DNA of 64,000 nt from Candidatus Altimarinota bacterium (GTDB lineage Bacteria; Patescibacteriota; Gracilibacteria; Absconditabacterales; Absconditicoccaceae). Under the pieces are notes generated by a model. That model had not been told where the DNA came from and made no database searches. It was given only the letters and a program-made list of their open reading frames with translations. Numbering within the stretch: the first letter of the stretch is position 1; each line of letters opens with the position of its first letter. Below, one piece after another: positions 34,118 to 45,300 of the stretch. Made by a program: the position numbers and the translations under genes. The DNA is taken from positions 231 through 64,230 of the forward strand of contig JASMTN010000021.1 of the NCBI GenBank assembly GCA_041694255.1, given 5' to 3'.

Positions 34118-36730
34118 TAATAATTTATCATCAAAAGCTTCTTCAAAATCTATTTCTAAATCTTTATTGTATAATGGTAATCAAATAAGTTTATAATTTC
34201 AAAAGTTAGAATCAATAATCTCTGCCTTTTCATCTATTCAAGATAAGAATTTTTCTTTCCATCATTCTTTTGAATTTCAAAATAATCATTCAGCATCTTT
34301 AAATTGACTTCACTTAGGTTCTATAAATATTTGATAAGTTAAAGGTTTTTTAGTTTCTTTTTCTTTCATAAATAAAACAAAATCTGGTTCAAATCTATCT
34401 CAATCATCAAAAGAATATATTGCAAAGTGTCTTTCATTTCTTATTAAATATATATCATCATATTTATTATTTAAATCTTGTAACTTCTTTTCAAATAGTT
34501 CTATAAGATGTTTTTCTTCACTTGTTGCTGTTATTTTATCAAATACAAACCAATCTTTATCTTTTGTATAGTCTTCATAAGAATTTACTTTTATAGTTTT
34601 ATCTTTAAATATTTCTGATATTGCTTTTGCATCAAATGCAGTAGTTCATTCATATTTTGTTTCTTGTTGTTTAATCTCACTTTCCATAGATTTTAATAGT
34701 GCTGATACTGCTTTTAATAAATCATCACTGTTTAAGTTGTCTAAAACTTCTTTTGAACTATATAAATCAATTCTTTTAGATGAAAGATATTTATAGTCTG
34801 TAATAAATTCATCTATACTTTTAAGTTGTCATATATAATTTTTGAGATTATCAAATTTATAAAAATCATTTTGTTGTATAGCTTTTCTAATTATTTTTTT
34901 ATCTATATCTTTCATTTGAAAGCTTTTAGGTTCTTTCTCTTGTTTTTTTCAAACATCTTTTTCATTATTTTCAAAAACTTGTATATCTCAACTTTTACCA
35001 GTATGTAGTGTAAATTCAAATCTTTCTATTTTCATTCATACTTCTTCTAAGCTTTTAACTTCTTTATTATCTTTTTCTTGTCTTTTATTAGTATAGATAT
35101 ATCAGTTTTTATAAAAATTTGTTTGTTTAAAACTTTCTTTAAGTTTAAGAGTAAATTCCTTTTTTTCTTCTTCATCCATCATTCAAGTATCTTTTAAGGC
35201 TTGTTTAATTTCTGTAATATATAATCAGTCTTTATCATAAAAAGTATGATAGTAAAAAGTTTCTAATATTTTCAATTCTTCATCTTCTTTTTTATCAAAT
35301 TTTCTTTTATATTTACTTTCTCATAATGCTTTTTCGGTAGTAAATGGAAAATATCTTGCTCATCTTCATATAAGCTGTGCTTCAGACATTGTTTGAGGTC
35401 AAACTTTTACTTTTCAAGTTTTTTTATCAACAACATTACTTCTTGATTCATAAAGTCTTACTATATCAAAAAGATTTAAAACATCCCATCATTCATTTAA
35501 CTTTTGAACTGCAAATATAGCTCTTATTCTATTATCTTTTTCTTCTAAAGTATTTAATAAAATTTGATTTTTATTTGCTTGTTTATCATCATTTGCACTT
35601 ATACAATTTTCTTCAGCAAAATCTTGTTTTAATTCATTTGTAATATCTTCCAAAGATAAATCATTGTTACTAAAAAAGTTGAATGCTTTTATAAGTATAT
35701 CTTCATTTGTTATGTTTTTTATTCTTTCAAGGTCTTCAGCTTTTAAGTTTTTTATTAGTTTATTAAATTTATCAAGATTTTCTTCACTTTCAGCTATTGT
35801 TTTTTGTGCCTTAAAAAGAATAACAGGTTTACAATATATGTTATTTTTTTCTGCAACTTTCAATCTATACTGACTTAAAATAAGGGCTTGTAATATCCTA
35901 TCTTTTTGTTCCATATCAGCTTTTAAAATATCTACTTCTTTGCTATATCCATCAAGTCTAAATTGTTTTAGATCATACTTATATATTATCTTATCAATAT
36001 ATTTTTCTGCTATATTTTCATTTTGTAAATCTACTGTTGCTGTAAATTCTAAAAGTAAATTGTCCTTATGAGATTGTAATATATTTTTAACAGTATATTC
36101 CCAAGAAGATTTTTCCAATTCTTCGGTTTTATTTAATTTTCATTTTTTTGTAGTGCTGTTTATATGATGAGCTTCATCAGAAATTATTGCTACCTTATTT
36201 TCTTTAAAATCTTCATAAGAAAGTCAGTTTTCTTTTGGAAAATTTAAATCCATATGTAATCATTGTATAGTAGTGAATTTTATATTTATATCATCTTTTT
36301 TAGATTCTGCAAAATTATCAACTTCTTTTATATTTATTTGTTCACTATCAAAAGTTATTTTTTGATTAAAAAGGTATTTTGAAGAGTTTGAATTTAAAAA
36401 ATTTTCTTTAGTTTTTTCTATAATATTTGTAGAATTTACAAAAAACAGAAAGTTTTTATATCATTTTTCATAAAGTTCTAAAATTAAACTTGCCATTATG
36501 AAAGTTTTACCACTTCAAGTTGCCATATTGAAAAGCAAATGAATAGGTTGTATTTTATTTGGATATTGATTAAAATAATAAGAAAATCTTGCATAAGCTT
36601 CTTTTTGATATTCTCTTATTTCAAAATTTTGATTTAAGTTTTTTGAAATATATAAAGGGATAGTTTTATCTAAAACTCACATTTCTGATAATGTATCAAG
36701 TTTTTGATATAAGAATTGTTGGTTTTGCAT
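34109..36730 (-). CDS. res: type III restriction enzyme Res subunit (SF2 helicase + PD-(D/E)xK nuclease)
   Basis: 873-aa code-25 ORF. Contains MATGSGKT (Walker A), ISDEAHH (DEAH), FTATV, QKLNEGWDVLNLF, and C-terminal FEPDFVLF...FIEPKG. Frame agrees with track ORF 35489-36118. Confidence 0.85.
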
Positions 36731-36743
36731 TTTGTTAGTTTAA

Positions 36744-37238
36744 TTATAATGTAAATATAAGTATAACAAACAATATTATACTAATTCATAATATTAAAGA
36801 AGACTTTTTTATATTTTTCATTTTATAATTAGCAATTGTTGAGTTTATATATATCTGTTCTAATATTTGTTTTTCTTTTTCTGTGTTTGATAATTTTTTA
36901 TATCATTTAATAAAATCTCATATCTCCATACTTGATATACTTCAAAAATAGAAAAAGTTTTTGCAAGATAAATTATTGGTATTAATATTTGGATAAACTG
37001 AAATTAATAAAAAAGTTATTCAAACTATAATAGACAATATAAAAATAAGTAGTATTCATAAAGTAATATAATCACAATTATTTAAATTTAAGAAAACAAA
37101 ATCAGACCTATTCCAAATAAGAAAAGTTATTAATAAAGCATAATATGTTGATAACAAAGTAAACTTTTGTTCTGCAAATTTTATCCATTCATTAACTTTA
37201 CTTAATTCATTCTGAAGTATTTGTATTTTATCTGACAT
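36744..37238 (-). CDS. 2-3 TM effector-like protein (Pycsar PycTM/DUF5706-like)
   Basis: Track ORF 37056-37238 extends through TGA to 164 aa. N-terminal helix with NEWIKFAEQKFTLL (FA-D/E-x-K-like) followed by TM helices, plus a C-terminal TM. Immediately downstream of the cyclase gene. Confidence 0.5.
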
Positions 37239-37265
37239 TTATAATTATATTTATATATAAATTTT

Positions 37266-38075
37266 TTAATTATCTAATTGTATTATATTATTACACCAGT
37301 CTTTTCAGTGTTTTTCACACCAATTACTTTTCAATACATATGCTTTATTAAAATCAAATCTATTATCTTTTAATAAATTTCTTGTATTCCATAACTCTTC
37401 TTTATATCAATGATTTTCACTGTTAGTACATCAACAAGATTTAGTAACTAACTCTGAAGTATTAATATTTTCATAGTACCTATCAGAAACATATAATTCT
37501 CATTTATCTGAAAGTGAAGCTAATTTTGCAGACATATTTATTGGTTTTCAAGCCCATACTTCATTTTTTCTATCATCTCTATCAGAATTATTTTTTAATC
37601 ATAAAGATTTTACCAATACTGTTTTTTGGTCTATTCACATATGGTATCAGATTTCTACTTTTCAATTAAGTTTTTTGGTTACTTTTGGTATAAAAGTATT
37701 ATCAGCAAAAGTTTTAAAAGTTATAGCAGATGCGAAAGCAGTAAAGGGTTTATTTTTAGAAAAAAGAGCGAAAACTCAATCTCACTTAATATCAATGTAT
37801 TCTGCTCACATATTATGAAAAGTTTTTATTGCAGTGCCAGTGAAAAATTCATAAATGTTTGCTGTTGTATTTTGATGAGAAGTAGCACTCAACCCTGTAG
37901 AGTTTTTTATATCAACAAAAACTGAAATCACATCTTTAACTTTATACCAATGATTCATTGGATATTTTCAATTTGATGGAAGATTGTTAATATTTTGTAT
38001 AGATACACTATTATTAAACTTTTCAACTGAGGAAGCTATAATTTTATCTATATTATCCAAATATTGATTGCTCAT
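37266..38075 (-). CDS. class III nucleotidyl cyclase-like protein (Pycsar PycC-like)
   Basis: 269-aa code-25 ORF, checked codon by codon. VISVFVDIKNSTGL (metal-binding Asp motif) and IDIKGDGVFALF (GDG motif). Cys/His-rich C-terminal tail CGC...H...C..H...C. Confidence 0.6.
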
Positions 38076-38080
38076 AATTT

Positions 38081-40018
38081 TTACCCCTTATAAAATAAAT
38101 CATTCAATTTTTTATCTTCATCGTCTATATTATAAGTTTCATCTTCCATTTCACTATAATTTACATATAATAAGTTTTTATCAAGTAATTCTATCAAGAA
38201 TTTTTTCATATTTTCTATAGAAAGATTTTCAAATTCTTGTATATTTTCATCAATAGTTTTTATATCTACATCATAGTTTATAAATCAAGTTTGTTTGATT
38301 TGTGAGTAAATATCAAGTAATGCTTGTTTGTCTTGTGATTTATTTATCTTGTTTATAAAAATTTGATTTGATTCCATAGTTTCCATATATACAAAATCTC
38401 ATCATCATTCCCAATTTACAGATTTACTAATTCATCATTGTTCTCATTCTATTACTTTTTTCATTCTCTCACAAGTTATATCTTGTATATAATCCATTTG
38501 TTCAATTCCTATATATTGTCTTCACATTTTATGAGCTACGGCAGTAGTTGTTCAGCTTCATAGATGATAATCCAAAACTATATCTCAAGGATTTGTTGAA
38601 AGTTCTATTATTCTTTGAATTAGTTTTTCTGGTTTAGGAAAAGAAAAAACTTTATTTCAAAACATAATATTTAATTCTTTATTTGCCTCAGAATTATTAG
38701 TAAAGTCTATAATATTTGAATATGGAGTTTTAGATTCATATCATTCATATCTTTTTGTATATACAGACCATCAATTTTTGGTTTTAATAAATTCTATATT
38801 TCAATTATTTAATTCTTCATAAAATCTTTTTTCAGAAAGTCTCCATTGCCAATCTCTATTTTTTGATAATCATTCTTTTCTTTGTTTAAATTTTTTTTCA
38901 TCATTTCAAGGATAAATATTTTGTCAATTAGGAGATGAAATTATAAAATCATTATTTGGTCTATATTCTAAACCTCATCTATCTAATTTTTCAATATTAT
39001 ATTTTCATTTTTCATCTTGTCTTTTAAAATCTATATTAAGAATTCTTTTATTTAATTCAGTAAGATTATCAGTTTTTCTAAATAAAAGAATATTTTCAGT
39101 TTGCACTGCAATAAATTTTGAATCATTTTTTCAAGAAGATTTTTTATATACTATGCTTGAAACAAAATTTTCTCTTCCAAAAACTTCATCCATCAAAACT
39201 TTTAAATAAGCTTGTTCATTATCATCACATTGTACAAAAATAACTCAATCATCTTTCAATAAATCTTTTGCAACTTCCAACCTATTTTTCATAAAAGTAA
39301 GCCAAGTTGAATGATTGAACCTATCATTATAACCAAAACTATCATTACCAGTATTATAAGGTGGATCTATATAAATAAGTTTTACTTTGTTTGCAAATTG
39401 TTTCTTTAATGAATGCAGTATAAGTAAATTATTTCATTTTATTATCAAATTATCTGTAATAGTATCTTCACTCAATCATCTTTTTTTATTCAATTCTTTA
39501 TCTTTATTGAATCAATCAAGTTTATGTTCTCAATTTTTATCTATTCTTTTATAGTTTGTAAATACTTTATCATCCAAAAGTCTATCAATTTCATCTTGTC
39601 ATAAAATTTCATTATAAAAAGTTTCTTGTCTTTTGCTATCTTCTTTATCTTGTCATCCAGCTAATACACAATCTTTGAAAGGAAAAGAAAGCACAACTTC
39701 ATTTGAAGATGATATATAATCTCAAGATTTATTTGTAAGTCATATTTTATTTTTGAAACTTGTATAACTATCAGGTAAAAATTCTTTATTGTTTACAAAT
39801 TGTACAAATTTTTTGCTATCAAAAACTATTACATCTTTTATAGGTTTAAAAAATACTTTTCTTGTATCATTATTTTCCAAAAGTAAAGAAATAAGATTTT
39901 CATCAAGTTTTTCTGCCTTTTCTCTGATAGTATTTTTAAGTAAATATCAATCTTGAGATACAAACCTTTCATCTTGTTTTAAAACCTCTATAAGTGTATT
40001 TTGTAGTTTGTTTTGCAT
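38081..40018 (-). CDS. mod: type III R-M Mod subunit (N6-adenine methyltransferase)
   Basis: 645-aa ORF. Contains LIYIDPPYNTGNDSFGYNDRFNHSTWLTFM, DDGVIFVQCDDNE and VLDYHLGSGTTTAVAHKMGRQYIGIE. Confidence 0.85.
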
Positions 40019-40058
40019 AGGTTTACATTTTAAAATTAATATAAAAAGATAGATCTAT

Positions 40059-40241
40059 TTAATTTTCCATATTTTCTTTCCAATATTTTAAAGCTTCTTC
40101 TTTAGTATCAAAAAACATTTCATCAATTTTTTCAACTTCATCAAGAGGTATAGGTCAAGATATAACATATTTTTCATCTATAGAAGAATAATCTAATATA
40201 TATCTATATCAATTTTTTATAAACTCTTTAATTCTTTTCAT
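40059..40241 (-). CDS. small hypothetical protein, first ORF of the island 2 operon
   Basis: 60-aa code-25 ORF. Confidence 0.3.
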
Positions 40242-40315
40242 TTTTATTTGTTAAAGATTTAAAATGATAATTAATATAAAATAAAAATATATTTATAATT
40301 AACATAAAATCAACC

Positions 40316-40343
40316 TTTCTCTACTTGAAAAAAGTTAAAAATT
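40316..40343. repeat. 28-bp perfect direct repeat, right copy (island 2 boundary, contains TTGAAA upstream of thyA)
   Basis: Identical to 34090-34117. Confidence 0.9.
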
Positions 40344-40381
40344 CTATATTCTAAAATTATTTATAATTAAAGAAATTAAAA

Positions 40382-41413
40382 ATGCAACATGGAGAATTTC
40401 AATATCTAAATTTGCTAGAAAAAATAATAAATGAATGAATTGATAAAAATGATAGAACATGAGTTGGTGTAAGATGAATATTTGGTTCTCAAATGAAGTT
40501 TGACCTTACAAAATGAGATTTTCCACTTCTTACAACAAAAAAAACTTTCTTAAGGTGAATAGTTGTTGAACTTATATGGCTTATAAGATGAGAAACAAAT
40601 ATAAAATATCTAGTAGATAGAAATGTACATATATGGGATGAATGGCCTTTTCAAAATTGGTTAGATAATTCAAATGAGGTAAATGCTACAAAATATCCAA
40701 GATATTCTAAAGAATGGTTAGAACTTAAACAAGAATGGATAGAAAAAATTAAAAATCTTGAAGAAACAAATGAATGGGTATTAAAATGGTGAGACCTTTG
40801 ACCAGTATATGGACATCAATGGAGAAACTTTTGAGGTTGAGAAAGCTTTTCTTCTTGGGTAGAAGATATATCAAAAAGACAATGGTGAACACCTTGATGA
40901 GTAAGTGCCCTATCAAATACAAGTGGTGCTGACCAACTTAAACAAGCTATAGAAAAAATTAAAAATAAACCTACTGATAGAAGAATTATAGTAAGTGCTT
41001 GGAATCCATTACAATTTGATATGATGTTATTACCTCCTTGTCATATGTTCTATCAATTTAATGTAGATACAACAAATAAAAAATTAAACTTACAAATGTA
41101 TCAAAGATCTGCTGATATGTTCTTATGAGTTCCTTTTAACATAGCTTCTTACTCTGCTTTATTGCTTATAATAGCAAAACTTACTTGACTAGAACCTTGA
41201 GAATTTACTCATACTTTATGAGATGCTCATATATATTCAAATCATTTTGATCAAGTTAATACACAACTTTCAAGAGAGCCTTTCCCTTTTCCAAAACTAG
41301 AAATTAAAAAAGAACTTAATACTATAGAAGATATAGAAAATCTTGAATGGGAAGATTTTGCTCTTATATGATATGAATCACATGAAAAAATAAAAGCTCC
41401 TGTTGCAGTTTAA
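40382..41413 (+). CDS. thyA: thymidylate synthase (ThyA) with internal insertions
   Basis: 343-aa code-25 ORF. Contains [78 protein letters not shown] and GDAHIY. Trp is encoded by TGG throughout. Confidence 0.9.
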
Positions 41414-41432
41414 TAATTTAAAATAATATAAA

Positions 41433-41588
41433 ATGAAAAATAATAAAATAAAAGAAAGTGAATGAAAAATAAAAGAGAACAAAGAAAAAGAAAATGAAAA
41501 TAAATTAAAAGGATGGTCTGTTTTTGATCAACTAGAAGAGCTACTCAAAAATGAGGAAAAAAAATGAAATAAAGATCTTTTTAAATAG
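41433..41588 (+). CDS. small K/E-rich hypothetical protein
   Basis: 51-aa code-25 ORF, low complexity. Confidence 0.2.
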
Positions 41589-41592
41589 GTTT

Positions 41593-41880
41593 TTATATTA
41601 TTAATTTTATAATAAGTACCTTTGTCCTGGGTACTATTTTTGCTATACAAGTTAGCACCTCATTTGAATCTTTATCAACAACTAACGGCTCTTGAAAATA
41701 TTCAATATTTTCTTTTCATTCTTCTACCAGAACTTTACATATTCAACAAGCTCAGGACATACATCAAAAAATAATACCATCAAAATTAACCTTTTCCATA
41801 GCATCTATAAATGCAATTTCTTGACTTATTTCAATTTCTTGAATGTTTTCTCATATTTTATTATGTATTATAAGTTTCAT
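41593..41880 (-). CDS. 2Fe-2S ferredoxin-like protein
   Basis: 95-aa ORF with a GCMSGACGICKV (Cx4Cx2C) cluster motif plus a later Cys. Confidence 0.55.
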
Positions 41881-41926
41881 TATATATTTTTATATTTAAA
41901 TACTGATTATGAATTACTAAACAAAC

Positions 41927-42268
41927 TTAACCATTAAATCATTCTATAAAGTCAATAATCTCATCACCTTGTATTAAAATTAAGTCAAATTTATACTCTA
42001 AAATACTTTCATCATCATACTTATATATCCAATATTGGGCAGTTTTTTCCAAAGCTTTTAGCTTTTTTGGGGTTATATAATCTTGAAAATCAGTTGATTC
42101 ACTAACTCACTTAACTTCTATAAAGCTCACAATATTATTTTTCTTTGCTATTATATCTATTTCTCATCACCTTATAGTAAAATTTATATTAAGTAGATTA
42201 AATCATTTTTTTTTCAAAAAAGTTCTAGCTATTTGTTCATATTTATATCAATTTTTTTTATTTTGCAT
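41927..42268 (-). CDS. yraN: YraN-family (UPF0102) endonuclease-like protein
   Basis: GYKYEQIARTFLKKKGFNLLNINFTIRGGEIDIIAKK...SFIEVK matches the YraN pattern. Confidence 0.75.
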
Positions 42269-42336
42269 TTAAAAGAATAATAATGTAAACTAATATAATG
42301 TTATAAAATAATATAAATATTTTTTATGTTTTAATA

Positions 42337-45300
42337 TTATTTTTCTTTAAGGTACTTTCTAAATATATATCATTCTTTTCATTCATAACCATCTTTTGAT
42401 TCTATAATTTTAACCTTAAAGAATCATTTAGGATGTGGTTTTGTTAATCTTTCAAGTATATCTCATTTATACAAATATGCATTTGTTCTTTCCCAGTAAG
42501 GATCTGCTTTTAACTTTATAGAATATGTTGCAACTTCATATAATTTTCATTCTATACTTTCATTAACTTGTTTTTTAGTTTCTTTATCTAAGTTTTCTTC
42601 CATATTTTTATCAATTTGTTCTGGTTGTTTATTATTATTTTCTTCTATTTTTTTATCTTCTTTTATGTTTTTTTGCTTTGAACTTTTAATTACATTTTCT
42701 TTATACATAGTATCAAGTTCAACAGCTTTTGATATAAGTATTGGTTTCAATCACTTTCTAAGTTTTGGATCTTCCTTATATATTGTAAAGTATATAACAA
42801 AAGAACTTAACTCATCTAAGAATCTTGATTTAAATCAAAGTGTTTTATATTCTTTAGACAAAACAAAATCAGCAAGTTTTTCAAAAGCTTTATTATAAGT
42901 TTTGTACTTTGGATCATCTATATATACAAGTTTATATATTCAAATATATTTAGTTTTTATAAGTGTTGAAAGAACTTTTATAGAAGTATCATCAAAACCT
43001 TGTTTATCAAGCAAATTATGTGCTAGATCATTATACTTATCATCATCTTCTGAAGAATATTCTAATAGATCTCATCTTAATTTTGAAAGCATGTTATCAG
43101 CATTTGCAGTTATATTATCCATAGCCCACTCATAGTATGGATCAAATCAACAAGTTTTATCATAATAACTTTCTGAAAAATCACCATAAGGACAATTATC
43201 TTTAACTAATCTTGTTCATCATCAAGAAGATTTATATTGATTTTTATCTGTATTTTCTATAGTGTTATCTTCTTTTGTATCACCCTCTTCATTATTGTCT
43301 TCTGGAATATTTATAATAGGATTGCCATCTTCATCTAACTCTATAAGTAAAAAGTAAGAAAAATGGTCAGTTTCTATTATAAGGTTATTTCATTCTTCCT
43401 TAGGCTGTCAAAGTAATTCCCAAGTTTCACCATCTTGTGAAGTTATTACAGTGTAGTTTTTATTATCATCTTTTGGTAGTTTTATATTAACTTTTTTATT
43501 AAGTTTCATTCAAACTCAAAGAGTATCAGCTCACACTTTTATAAGTTTTCATTTTTTATAGTATGAAAGTTCTTTTCAATTATACTTAGCAGTTGAAGGT
43601 ATAAAATGATTATGATTTATAAGTTTTGGTAAGATAAATCAACCATTCCAAGTTTTATTATCATTTGAAGTAAGTTTTTGTATATAAGTTCATGAAAAAG
43701 CTTCAAGTTTTATATCATTATCTCAAGAAAAAAGAACAGTTCAAGAGTTTGATAATACTATATCTTCAACATCAAGATCTAATCAAGTTCAAGTTATTTG
43801 TTTATTTTTATGTTTTTTAAATACACTTGGTGTGTCTATATCAATTTCATTTTCATTATTACCCTTTTTTAAATTGGGAGTTATAAAACTTCAAGATAGT
43901 TCTTTTTTATTGAACTGATTATCATATATTGTAAGAGTATAATAATATTTTTTCTTATAGTTTGTATCAAAACTTATATTATATTCATTATCAGAGATTG
44001 TATAATAATTTTTCAATCTCCACCAAGATACTTCCCTTAGGTTATCTTCTTCTTGACCATAAGCAAATCTTATATAAGAAGCTTGAGAATTATGAAAATT
44101 TTTATCATCAACTTTAAAACTTAAATTTGTTTCTCATCTTGAATTATATTTATAAGAAAAAGTTTTATTAAATAAGCTTATCTTTGAGTTTTCATTATCA
44201 ATATAATCATTTATATCAAATTTTCATCAAAGTTCATTGCTTATATCTTTATTATAAAGAGCTTTGAATAATGCACTATACACTGATCTATAATCTATTC
44301 AAACACCAAGCCAATTTTTCTCAGAGTCTTTTATAGACATATTTCAGTAAGCTTTATTTGGAAGTTCTTCATTTAATAGCTTATCATTATTTGATATAAT
44401 AAACATTCAACCTGCATGTCAATGATCCACACCATTAGAACTATTTAGTTTATTTGTTCTTCAAAACTCACTATATAAAACTATAGTCACATTATGTTCA
44501 TCTTTTACATTATCAAAAAACTTTGTTATGGCAGAAGAAAATTTTCTAAAATTACCATTTAGATAATCTTTTTGATTTCTATGTGTATCATAACCACCAT
44601 CTGCCCTCAACCATGAAGCATTTGCTAATCATTCATCATATAGTGAGCTTAAAAATGTAAACTTATCATCCATATTATATCAAACTCAAGATCTTCAACC
44701 ATTTTCTTTAGAAGTTTTAGATACTGAATCTATCTTTGCAGATTGCTGGAAAACAACTCAGTAATCTCAAGTATAAGTTCTATTTTTTTGTATATCTTTT
44801 AGTTTTTCTATCATATAATCTCTAGATTCCTCATCTATCCAAGATTTTCAAGTATCTATATCATATGTAGCTGACCTTCATATTCACATATAATTTCATC
44901 CTCTAAATATATAAGGTTTTCTTCAACCATCAAGTACTATTGTATTTCAAGGATTTTCATTTTGTATAAAATATCAAAATATACCATCATCTTCACCATA
45001 CTTATTATGCAATGAAGTCATCTTTCTTGAAGCACTATCATGCCCTCTTGAATGGTCAGGAGTTCAAACTCTATTTATAAGTCTTAGATTTCAATTATCA
45101 TAAAGTTCTTTAAAGCCAGTTAAATTTGCATTTATATAGTAATTTTCATCAAGATCTTGTATTCAGGTTCATACCATAGCTCAAGATCATCTTAGATCTA
45201 AATATTCATCATATTCTTCTTTTTGTATAATAGCATGTAAGAAGTCTAATCAACCAGGAGCTTTAATAAAAACTACTTTATTATCATTTTTAAACAATTG

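Noticed and set aside
13500-40350. Integrase, transposase or IS elements at the borders of the two defence islands.
   Set aside because: Every ORF in and next to the islands was translated. None shows tyrosine/serine recombinase or DDE motifs. Only direct repeats mark the borders.
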